From contig JALDTO010000208.1 in the NCBI GenBank assembly GCA_023515725.1, positions 778,534 to 842,533 of the forward strand: a DNA stretch of 64,000 nt, read 5' to 3'. This document shows positions 40,759 to 51,798 of the stretch, one piece after another; position 1 is the first letter of the stretch, and the number at the start of each line of letters is the position of its first letter. The notes beneath the pieces are model-generated. The model was not told where the DNA came from, ran no database searches, and worked only from the letters and a program-made list of their open reading frames with translations. Both the position numbers and the translations under genes were made by a program. The DNA is from Amoeboaphelidium protococcarum X5. Taxonomy: Eukaryota; Fungi; Aphelidiomycota.

Positions 40759-41306
40759 TTGCAGTCCACTCACTCTATAGTATCGTCAATTGACTTGGCT
40801 TCAATATATTCTAAATATTTGTTCAATATTGAATTCGGTAGCATTTATTTCCTTTGCGTTACAATTTTGATCAATCTACGAAATAAATGCTTCTATCATC
40901 AATATTTAATTAATATTGAGCAAAAATTTAATTATTGATTAATATTTAGACTGACATTAGATAATTGCATCCTCAAGTTTCCTGTAAGTTACAGGCATTG
41001 TTGTACACTTATTTCTTATATAATCTTCGGAATTGATCAAGAATATTGCCAAGACCTAAACAGTAGTTTGGTGTTACAAAAATTTCACTACTGGTATCAC
41101 CATATCAAAACCGGGACTGGCTCTTTGTGGTGTCACTTGAGATTGATGTCCAATCAGTCACGAGCCAAGCCAAAGATGTGACCCAAACTGTAATCTAAAA
41201 CCTTAATGCTGGTCATTGCACAATTTCTTTACTGTGAATACTTATATTGATATATAAATCATTTGTGTTTGTTTGTTATATATATATATCTCTGTGTAAT
41301 TCAAAC

Positions 41307-43559
41307 ATGTTTCAATATATCATTAAATCATTGGTGTCGGCAGCGATGATCATGTCTGCCTTCACACAAGCTCAGTCCTAATGTGCAGGCGGCGTTCGTG
41401 GTCGTTACAGCTGGGACGATCTAAGTCAATCGTAAATCGACGATTACTTGACAACATTGCGTCAGTACATTGATAGTGGCTCTATGGAAGTAATGGTGAG
41501 AGCGCACTTCGATAATTATGGTGCCTGGCACAGTAACCAATTTTTCTTCCCTATCCACCGTGAATTGCTGCGTCGTTATGAGGCTGGTCTCCGTAGTATC
41601 AATCCGAATGTCATCATTCCATACTGGCAATGGTCAAACGATGCTGCTAATCCTAATTAAGCGCGTATCTGGCAGTCTTTCAGTCGTAATGGGCAAAATC
41701 CTGCTAATGATCGTATTCTCGGCCAATTGCGTATGAATGTGTAAACTCCTCATCTTCTGGTTCGTGACCTGCAGCCTAATGGCCTGAGATCAAATTCTCT
41801 TGCTAGCTTGCGAACCGTTGAGAATCAGATCACCATGAATGATTTCCAAAATTTTAGCCGTAACTTTGAGTTTGGTCCTCATTATCTGGTGCATGTCAAT
41901 GTTGGCGGTCGCACAGGTGACTTGGCTTTTGAATTCTCTCCTAATGATCCTATCTTCTGGCTGCATCATGCCTACTGTGACAAGGTTTGGTGGTAATGGC
42001 AGAATTATGATGGCGCTTCTCGCTTCAACGTCTTCTACGGTGAGAGCCAGTATCGACGTAATGACAACATCACTGCTTCAATGCCTCTGCCTGGCTTGGG
42101 CGCAGTCACTACTCAGTAGCTATTTAATGTGCATGACTCTTGCTACACTTACCTTCCTCCTGGTACTCCTGCAACTTCTGCACCTCTGCAAAACGCGTCT
42201 CCTCAAAATGACATCATTACTGTGGCGCGTGAATTGAATATTGTCCCTAATACTCCTCCTGCTCTGTCCTCTTCAGCTTTGCCTTCTGCTAGCAGAACTA
42301 TGTTCTCTACTGCGGCACAGAGCAGAACTCGTGGTCAGCCGCTTTCAACCAGTGCAATGTCAACTAGAGCTAGAAGCAGTTCGCGTCCATGGGACGACAG
42401 ACAATCATCAGTGTCTCCATTGCCATAATCCACTCCATTATCTGGTTTTATGTCTACTACTATTGGTATTTCTCAATCTCCATTGCCATCTAATAACGCA
42501 TCCTCTTTCTCAAGTGACGAGTATCTAACTAGCAGAACCACTGTATTGCCTACCTCGGTTTAGAGTGGAGATAGTTGGAATACTGCTGTCCAGACTCCAC
42601 CTTCAAGTCACTAATGGGGAGCTCCTGGTTCTCTCACATCCTCTCGTTTCGGTCCTGAAGCAACCGCTGTTCCGGGAACTCCAGGCACTCCTGGTACTCC
42701 TGATACACCTGGTGCTCCTGGTACGCCTGGTTCACCTGGTACTCCTAACACTCCCGGTACACCTGGCTCTCCTGGTACGCCTAACACTCCCGGCACACCA
42801 GGTACTCCAGGTACTCCAGGTACTCCCAACACTCCAGGTACTCCTGGTACACCTGGTTCTCCTAACACTCCAGGTACTCCTGGTACACCTGGTTCTCCTA
42901 ACACTCCAGGTACTCCTGGTACACCTGGTTCTCCTAACACTCCAGGTACTCCTGGTACACCTGGTGCTCCTAATACTCCTGGTGCTCCTAATACTCCTGG
43001 TGCTCCTGGTACTCCCGACTCTCCTGGATTGCCTGGCTAACCTGGTTCTGGTGGTAACTCATCGGCTCCTGGTGCTCCTGGCTCCAATGGTAACGCCCCA
43101 GAAGAGTACTTTATTCCAGATTGGGCGCTCGAGCGTAAACCTTAAATCGCGGATGGTATTCGTAACGCTATCAGCTTCTTAAATGAAGCAAGCAGGCCTA
43201 ACTTTATGAAGAGATACGAAGATTGTATCACACTGCCTTCCGTGTTTCCTCTCCCTAATGGTAAAGATGCCCATAAGAAGACTTCTCTATCTTACGGTGC
43301 TAATGGAACTGCGCACCATAAGAATGGTGGCGCTAACAATGGCACCGCTGGATCTAGCAGCTCAGCTATCCCTTTTAAGACGAGTGCTGCAGCTGCTTAA
43401 GCGACTCCAGCTGATGGATAGCAACCTGGATTGGGATCAAGTGTTGCAGTTGGCGGAGATTCAAGCGGTGCAAACGCTTCCTCCGGGTCCAAGGCGCTTT
43501 TCGCTTAAGGTAAAATAATCCTCGTGGTTACTATTGCTTCTTTGATGTACTTATTATGA
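41307..43559 (+). CDS. Secreted tyrosinase-family protein 2 with Ser/Thr and G-x-P repeat stalk and GPI-like tail, 750 aa
   Basis: Signal peptide; Cu[22 protein letters not shown]; IPYWQW; Cu[23 protein letters not shown]; hydrophobic end [14 protein letters not shown]. Confidence 0.92.
42670..43085 (+). repeat. Coding 9-bp/36-bp tandem repeat (GTP/GSP/GAP/NTP triplets)
   Basis: Perfect 36-bp unit aacactccaggtactcctggtacacctggttctcct x3 plus a partial copy at 42828-42965 ([12 protein letters not shown]), within a longer degenerate triplet array. Confidence 0.9.
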
Positions 43560-43822
43560 TGAATTTAAAATATGAAAAATCACGTTTTATTTATATTTAT
43601 AATCGATTTAATCTTATTATCAACTTATCGATCATCTAAGCGTTATTCGGGCGCGTAGTTGTTGCCAATCAAGAGACGCCGTTGGTAGCGAGGCTAAATT
43701 ACTTAAATTATGCCGGATATTTCTGGCTTTTATTAGCTCACTCCTCCACCTAATCTCTATTCCTTATACTCATCAGCATTTTAAACAATAGCCGATTATT
43801 AACAACTCAATATCGCTACATA

Positions 43823-44802
43823 ATGTCTACCGTAAGTGTTTTATATTTGAAACAAGTTGTATCAGATGTTGTGTTGTGTAGAAGTGCCAAGTTTGCGAGA
43901 AGACCGTGTATCCAATGGAGATGGTCAAGATTGACGACCTTACTCTGCACAAGACCTGCTTGAGATGTGAGCACTGCAACAACCAGCTATCTCTGGGTAA
44001 GTATGCTGCTATCAATGGCAAATACTACTGCAAGCCGCACTTCAAGCAACTGTTTGCACTGAAGGGAAACTACACGTCGGGGTTTGGTGAAAATGACACT
44101 GGCGCAAGCTCATCCCTTGGTGGCGTTTAGTTCAAGGGCCTTAACAACAACAACGCCGGCAGCGAATCCAATCCTAAGCCGCTAGCAAACAAGAAGGCTG
44201 CTTCAAGCAATGCTATGGCCAAGGTTGGCTCGACTGCCTCTGTGCATGATGGCTCAAATGATGAGATCAAGGCAGTGTCAAGAGTCGCTGAAGGCATTCG
44301 CGCGTCCATTGAGAATCTGAAACAAACGGCCGCAAAGTCATCCAGCAGATCTGAATTGCATCACTAGGGAAGCAAGTTGCGTATCTCTTCTGCCAACGAT
44401 CTGGACCATGCAACTGGTGATGGAAAGTAGACTTAGTAGTCTGTGAGAGCGAAATTCAACGCTTAATCTTCTGCTGCTTCCGGTGGCACCACCAACAAGT
44501 GTGCCGGCTGTGAGAAGACTGTCTTCCCTATGGAGCAAATCCAGGTGGAGTCGATTGTCTACCACAAGTCATGCTTCAGATGTGCGCACTGCAACAACAT
44601 CTTGAAGCTGGGCAATTACGCAGCATTGGACTCCAAACACTACTGCAAGCCTCACTTTAAGTAGTTGTTCGCTCTGAAGGGTAACTACAATGAGGGATTT
44701 GGCTCACGTCCTCACAAGGAGAAGTGGAATCCAAAAGATTTGTCATAGTCTCAGTCTGAGCTGGAACAGGCACAGGAGAAGACTGCTCCAATGTAAGTAT
44801 GA
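43823..44802 (+). CDS. Two-LIM-domain protein (LIMD2/WLIM-type); exons 43823-43831, 43882-44802
   Basis: MST|[39 protein letters not shown]; second [22 protein letters not shown][TAG]LFALKGNY, with CAA in LIM1 and TAG in LIM2 at the same site. Confidence 0.92.
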
Positions 44803-44963
44803 GACGAATAATGATGATGGTGTTGCTAGTTAGTAAATTTTGAAGTTCTTTTGGTTATGAATATAAAGTTTACAGCAATGTATTGTTCATTTATTTTAAT
44901 ACTTTCATATTCTTTTAAGATAATACTTACAGATTATAGGTCTAATTAGCAATCTTCTTAGCA

Positions 44964-46742
44964 TCAACGGTAGTAATCGTTAGAAGTACTGTTTTTACCT
45001 ACCAAGTCTCCATAAGATTAACGTTTGCGCTCACGGCTTTACACGTTTGTGCTCCTCACAGTTTGAGTAGAATTACGCAATTGACCTGTCACTCCTTGTG
45101 AGGCAGATGAAATAGCGCCAATTCTAGTGTCAACCTTATCCAGTCCGGGAGGAGCTGTAGATTTACGCTTGAGAGAAGGTGTTACAGATGCAGATCTAGA
45201 ACCAGATTCTGATCCTTTACGACTGTTTTCAGGGCTATTGTTATTAGATTTCACAGCACCGCGATACAACTTCACCCACTGAAGCTTACTAGGACTGATC
45301 AAATCATATGGCACTTTGATACTACTCAAATACTTATCATTGGATGCATCTGGGACTAGAAAAGCAGCACTAAATAAAGCTCGTGGAGGACCAGAGTCAT
45401 GTAATGAAGGATTGCTAATATTAAGCACCTTATTACTGGCAGACGGCTCAATACCAAACGCTCCAGGTTAAAGAAGTTGCTACGCTTTCTTCAACAAACG
45501 CCTCTTCACCTTGATAATCGAGTTTTACATCGAAAACACAGAAGACAGTACACTATAAGGTGTTGTTGTATCCATTGCTTTCTCTCCGCTCTGTGCCAGC
45601 TTCTCTTCAAATTTATCACACCTCTCAGCCAACGCCTTGTTCATTTCCACATAAGCATCATTCAAGACTTGTACAATCTACTCTATTTTATCCACATGTT
45701 CACCAACATCTACCGACCTATCAGCAGGATCTAAAATGCACAATATACTCTATCCAGTCTTGAAGTCACGCTTAAAAGGCCTAAAGCGACCACATTGATT
45801 ATCGTCATCAAACCTAGCGATACCCAACTTGTCATACATATACTTTTAGCCATAAAATTCAAGAAAGTCCATGAATAGATTACCCATATGAAGAACAGGA
45901 TTGACATTGGAATCTTTGAGCTATGGATGATTCTCAACAAAGCTTATCACCATCAGAGATGCGGCATATGATCCAATACCACCTGTAATTGCAGAGTGAA
46001 CACCGCGACTGAATAAAAAGTACTTGAACAACATTATGAGTCCTCTATTAACAGCACCGAGTCGATCCAACTTCAGATAATGATCCACAATGTCAGTGCC
46101 CATCTTCCACTCCCAGTGATTAATGTATACATTAACGCGTAGATCCGACTGCTTGTCCACGAATCTGACGGTGGGCCTCACAGCAGTAAACACATCAGTA
46201 ACACTCTTGGGATCTGCAACTTCCTTTGTGATGAGATCCGAAAATTGACGAAGCATCTCGTACTGATTAACCTTGTCACAATTGGTGATGATGGTAACGT
46301 CCAAGTCAGCGCTGCTCAAATAAGTCGCCAGCGGAAAGCTGCCAATAGCCACCAAATCTGCCCATCTAAATTCAGCATTATCATTCTCATTACTGGAACT
46401 AGTCTTATCCGCAGTGCCATCACTATCGCCGCTACCTACGCTGCGCATAATCTCATCATAAATCAGAGGATCATTGTTATTGATGGCTTCATAAATACGC
46501 AAAGGCGGTCTTGACCACAACTTGTGTACAATATGGCGCAATCTACCCACAAGCCACTCACGCGCCAAATGTTCATGTGGTTACGGTGTAACAAAGTTAA
46601 CAAACTCCAAAGCCTCTACATTGAGTGCATGAATAGGATTGGCAGGATATCTACGATCATGTGTTATCCACACTGGCAGATACTCTTCTTACGCAGAATC
46701 TTCAACGCCCACATTCCTATCGTCGCCGTTACTCATAATCAT
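44964..46742 (-). CDS. TRF4/PAPD5-like non-canonical poly(A) polymerase (divergent), ~592 aa
   Basis: FVNFVTP, IGSFPLATYLSSADLDVTI, LFKYFLFSRG..TGGIGSYA, FLEFYG, ILCILDPAD; low-complexity C-terminal tail. Confidence 0.8.
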
Positions 46743-47383
46743 TTATAATAAAATATTTTCAATAAGTATAACTTTTTTCAACTAGATTGTATTGAATGAT
46801 TGCTTTATGATCTGGTCTGATGGGTAAAAGGTAAAAGAACCCAGAAAGGCGCACACGCGTCAGTGGATTGTGTGAGATCTAAAGGGCGAGTTCAAAGTAA
46901 AAGAGTGTGGGAAATCGAATTTCTGCATAGATTTGCGGCAAAAAGTCACCGCTAACAAGCGTGCAAGATATCGTTGTTCTTAGAACAGTTATACATTCTT
47001 CAGCGTGCATGTCTTGTCTCGTAATCACAGTAGCACTGAAGAAGAATGTTCGTGGCGATGCATCACCCGAACAGTTTCAGATCTCATTACTGCAAAGTTT
47101 CAGCTTTTCTTCCTTTCGACGCGACGCAGAATTTAAAGTGACTGAGAGTTAGAAAGTGAGAGAGAGAGAAAGTGAGGAATATAAACTGCCCAAGTAATTT
47201 AATACGGCGTTCATCAATTCAATTCATTATTCTTATTCGTTTTAGAATAGAATTTCTATCACTGGTGGTCTTTATTTCATATACATTCTACTGACCACTT
47301 GGATTATTAGTTTACTATTTCTCCTGTAATAGAAACCTTGTGTGAAGAATTTTTGATTAGTTGAATTTTGAGTACTTGGTGAA

Positions 47384-49585
47384 ATGATGGATTATTAGAC
47401 ATTCTGCGTGGCTCTGCACAATTATAAGGGCTCAAGGGACGATGAACTCTCATTACGCATTGGGGATATAGTTAAAGTGTTCAAGAGAGCTGACGATGGA
47501 TGGTGGTTTGGATACAAGAACTTGAACAATATCGCATCCACCTCACCAGCAGATAAAGGTAGTCATGGATGGTTTCCTTCTAATTTTGCCTATGTGCCTG
47601 AGAATGGAGAGTTTGATTTGTCTCAAGGTTATTATTTGCAGTCTTAATAGCAGTAGTAGTAGCAGTCTTAGTAGTAGTTGAATCAGCCGTAATCTCATCC
47701 TGATCTGCAACGATATGCCAAAGTGTAGTATGACTATGTGGCATAGGAAGAGGATGAACTCGATCTCACAGCTGGCGATATTGTGGTTATTATCAACACT
47801 GAAGAGGATGATGGATGGCATCGTGGGATATTGAAGGGGAAGCTTGGACTTTTTCCAGCCAATTTTGTATCGCTCCTGCTGGAGAAGGATGTTTTAAGTA
47901 GCGCCGTGAACACTAGCAATAGCCAAGTCTCATCAAAGATTCCCAATAATAGAAGATCGTCCCTGGCTGTTGACCGCTTAAATTAGTTGTAGTTTTAATA
48001 GTAGTAGTAATAACAATAATAACAACCGAGTCACTTATAGAATGCTGGATTTGAAAACTAGAAAGTCTTATCCACTGTGATGGTCAGTTTTGATTACAAC
48101 GCCCAGTAGCCAGATGAACTCTAGTTGAAGAAGGGTACACTCGTGGATGTTATTCATAAATAGGATGATGGTTGGTGGACGGGTGTTGATTTGAATGGAT
48201 AGGTTGGTGTATTCCCGTATAATTTCTGTCGTGAATTGACTCCGGAAGAGAGAAAGTAATACAATGTATCCCCTGGTAATGGCATCAATCATCGATAGGA
48301 GTAGAGGGGTGCTGGGAGCAGTGTAAAAGGTGCTGGACAGTCTGGTAAGTAACCTGTGACTGGAGTTAATTCTAATGCCACCACCGCGTCTAATGAGAGT
48401 CTGAAAGATAATGGCGGCAATTAATTGAAGCCTATACAGACTTTCAACATTAGTCCACCTGCGGTATCCAAGAAACCGTCTGTAAAGACTCCGCCTCAAG
48501 TTAAGCCAAAGCCATAGGGTATACAATACGGTAGAGCTACGGATCCCTCTTAATCTCAGTAATAGTAATCATTGGCATCCGGTAAAGATTCACAAGAAGG
48601 TAGAAAACCTAATAGTAATAATGCTGTCCAATACAAGGATTTTATTGCAGTGAACACTCAGAAGTTGCCATCACTGACCAAAAATAGAATTAGTCCTTAG
48701 TCGAATGGGAATCAGAAAGCTTCTCCTGCTGCAATGGTTGCTACCTAAGGATAATTATCCTCCTCTCCCAACTCATCATAGTCACCTCCGATAGTAACTC
48801 CATCTGGTCTGGCTATCAACTCACCGTAGCAATATTTTAGCAGCAGTGGCAATCTTGGTCAGAGTGATGTTAAGCCGAATGAAGGTGGTAGTAGTGTGAA
48901 TAGTTCCGATAATGGAACTCATTTTGATGAAGATGCAAAGAAGCGAACACTGAAGAAGATTAGTGACGAACTAAAGAGAGCCAACTCTTCTAAATAGTCT
49001 AGTGGTAAGTCTGCAGCGACTGACAAGGATCTGGTGCATGCAATTCCTTAGTCCTCAGTTAACTCTTAATCATCTGTTATCATCAGAGACGATGGCACGG
49101 AGAGTAATGATCATACCATAGTTGTCCCATAGTAGCTTGCTAATATCCTCTCGGATCAGAATGGTTCTGCATTACCAACAACTAGCTATAGTGATGCTGG
49201 TCACAATCAGAATCATTACGGAAGTGTCGACAACAACACTGACTATGGTGTGGATAGTGATCAAAATACTCTGATTGTAGATGAAGGGGATTTTGTGAGT
49301 CAATATGCTGCAGTTCGATCGCCATCCTCACTACCCGCCATAGATTACCCATCAACAGCAGCTAATGAGATGCAATCTAAAAATGGTCAACATATGCATT
49401 AGTAGTAGCCATAGTCATAGTAATATGATTTGGACTCTGTTCCAGTTAATGTGCAAAAATACGTCAATGACTAAATTCAGCGAATGAAAGTGCAGTTTGA
49501 AAAGCTGCTTTAAGAAGAGCAAGATAAACGGTAGAAGTTGGAGTAATAGCTGTCGCAGCTTTTAGAGTCGTTGAGTAAAAAATGA
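47384..49585 (+). CDS. Triple-SH3 adaptor with Pro-rich region and C-terminal coiled coil (CIN85/CD2AP-like), 733 aa
   Basis: Three SH3 domains (ALHNYKGSRDDEL..GWFPSNF; YDYVAQEEDEL..GLFPANFV; FDYNAQQPDEL..GVFPYNF); polyQ linkers; coiled coil EKLLKEEQDKRQKLEQQLSQLLE. Confidence 0.85.
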
Positions 49586-49743
49586 ACATGATGCCAAGAA
49601 TGTCTAATACACAATCATTATATGATACTTATTCAAGCCAGATCCAGGCAAAAATAAACCTTAACACAATACAAAGAGTGATGAAGCTTTATTTACTATT
49701 TAGTTCACATTATTTACGCTATTTATAAATCTTCTTGCAGCAA

Positions 49744-51546
49744 TCAAATGTCAATATCCACTTCTTGCAAGTACTCTTCAAAAGATGACGCTGCAGCAGG
49801 TATCTGACTATGATTTCCATTAGCCTTTGCCGCATCAACGACAGTGTGAGCAGTAGGACTTAAAACTCCAGCTCCGGCACCTTTAGCGGAGCTGTCAATC
49901 AAAGATTACTTATCAGCGCTAGTTCCATTTTAAATCTGAGGTTGAGGTGAGACGTTCATTATGGACCGAGATTTAATTCTGGCAAATGGATCATTCGCAC
50001 CTTTACCATTCATCAACTTCTCATAACGTTCCTTCTTCAACTTCTCTTCGGCGCGAGACACCTCCTCCATATTCTTCCTTCTATTCTTCTCATTCAGCTG
50101 TGCCCATACATCCTTCTTACTTGGACTCGGCTTTATCACCTGGTCTCGCTTCATCTCAGTATACGCCTGGAATGACAGATAACTAGAATCAGGATCTTCA
50201 AGATACTCGGTGATCTGCCTGATCTGCACATTGAGTTCTATGACACGCTCCGACTGGCCCATCGAATCCGCCTCGTCCCGGAGCGCAACCAGCCGCACCT
50301 TCTCCGCTAACAAATTCTGAGATTCCCCAGCGATCTTCTTCTTCTCCTAAATCATATAATTAATCTCTTCGTCAGTAAATACATGATGCACAGCCTCGTG
50401 TATACCATCACGCAATCTCTAAATCTCAATCTCGCTCTAGAATCGACACTTTTCGCTCTTCATCACAGCCACCCACCTATCGTATTCATGCTACGTAACA
50501 TCAGAATTACTAACGATATCCATCAGAAACACCTTCTCAGCTTTGCCATGCCTGATCCTTAGCGCTGTCCTCGTAGACGTCTTGTTCATTTTGTAATTAC
50601 GATGATACTCTTCAACACCGACAATCTGAGCCAATCGATACACCGGCTGACCATCCTCAGGCCTCTGACCAACGCCAAGCCTTATAAAGCAACCCAACAC
50701 AGTATCTTCAAAGAACGGGGTGAACATCCACTTCTCCAATTAATCCCGGGACATTCGAATTGAATTAATTTAACTCAAAGTAGGTACAGGACGCTCTTTA
50801 CCAGCACCACCTGCAGATGCGCCAAAAGATCCATCTGACAATCCGCTCTTATCATATGCTCTTCTAGCACGCTTCAAATACGAATCTTTACCACCACCGC
50901 GTCCATATCCCAAATCACCATCACCATCGCTATCTTCATACTCACCAAAATCTGGAAGATCAGTCTACTCTCCCTTCTAACGCTTCTTCCTCCTCTCGGT
51001 CAACTCTTTGAGTTTACTACTTCTCCTACTACTACCGCTAGTCTTCTACCTCTACCCGGTGGAACTTCTAGTACGACGGGCTTTGACACCACCTTTACTG
51101 GCAGCGGCTTCAGCACGTAATCTCTTCTTCAACTCGATCTTTTACAATCTCAACTACCTCTTCTCCTCCTGCTCAGCCATGAAAGTTTCTCTCTAAATCT
51201 CTGTCATACTGCGAGTCAGTCGCTCAATCTCTTCAGGTGAAAGGGCATCATCCTCAACACCAAAATCCTCCTCTTCATCGTCATCATCATTATCCGATGC
51301 GGAAAGTCTATCAAAAGAATCTTCACTAAAACCGTCCAAATCATCCTCATCTTCCTCAGAACTGCCATGTACATTACTAGAATCATAATTATCAGATCCA
51401 TACGCACCGTCATCATCATCATCACCACCATCTATAGACTTGCGTTTACGTACACCTTTACCCTTGGTAGACTTCTTCTATGCCAGGTTGACAGATTTAC
51501 TACCAGCAGCCAGACCCAATAATTCCTCATCAAAATCGTCATCCAT
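49744..51546 (-). CDS. RTF1: Paf1 complex subunit Rtf1 (Plus3 domain), 600 aa
   Basis: MDDDFDEELLGLAAG start; MTEIQRETFMAE; Plus3 PFFEDTVLGCFIRLGVG..YRLAQI; DPFARIK; VDIDI C-terminus. Confidence 0.92.
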
Positions 51547-51798
51547 TGTTATTTATTTGATCAAAAGGTGGAGTAATATAAAACTAATACACACAATATA
51601 CTGTAATTAGAAGGATGAGTGCGGCCCGTTGAAGGAAGAAAGAGATTAACGAGTAGAACGAAAGTAAGAGGGAACGCGCAAGAGAGAGAAAGCGCCGGGA
51701 ACGATCCCTAAAATCTCCTTCAGCAAAGTTGAATAGAATCTGCTTGAACAAAGACACGCGCACTGTCGTGATTGTTGAGTGATACACAGTAGAGAATA

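Larger units (their letters stand above)
36357..40955. mobile_element. Plavaka-type (CMC/EnSpm-related) DNA transposon, ~4.6 kb, two divergent genes
   Basis: Ends GTCAG (36357-36361) and CTGAC (40951-40955); inverted TGCTCAATATT..AAATATTGA blocks and clustered AATATT subterminal repeats at both ends; intact Plavaka transposase. No clear TSD, so ends are approximate. Confidence 0.8.

Noticed and set aside
42828-42965. 36-bp repeats as a CRISPR array
   Set aside because: Head-to-tail with no spacers, coding, eukaryotic context, no cas genes.
42565-43182. Leu/Val-rich 205-aa ORF and antisense elastin-like VPG ORF
   Set aside because: Alternate-frame and antisense shadows of the tyrosinase G-x-P repeat.
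47644-48025. TAG/TAA-rich triplet runs as non-coding stop arrays or terminators
   Set aside because: They are polyglutamine linkers between SH3 domains, mixed in frame with CAG/CAA.
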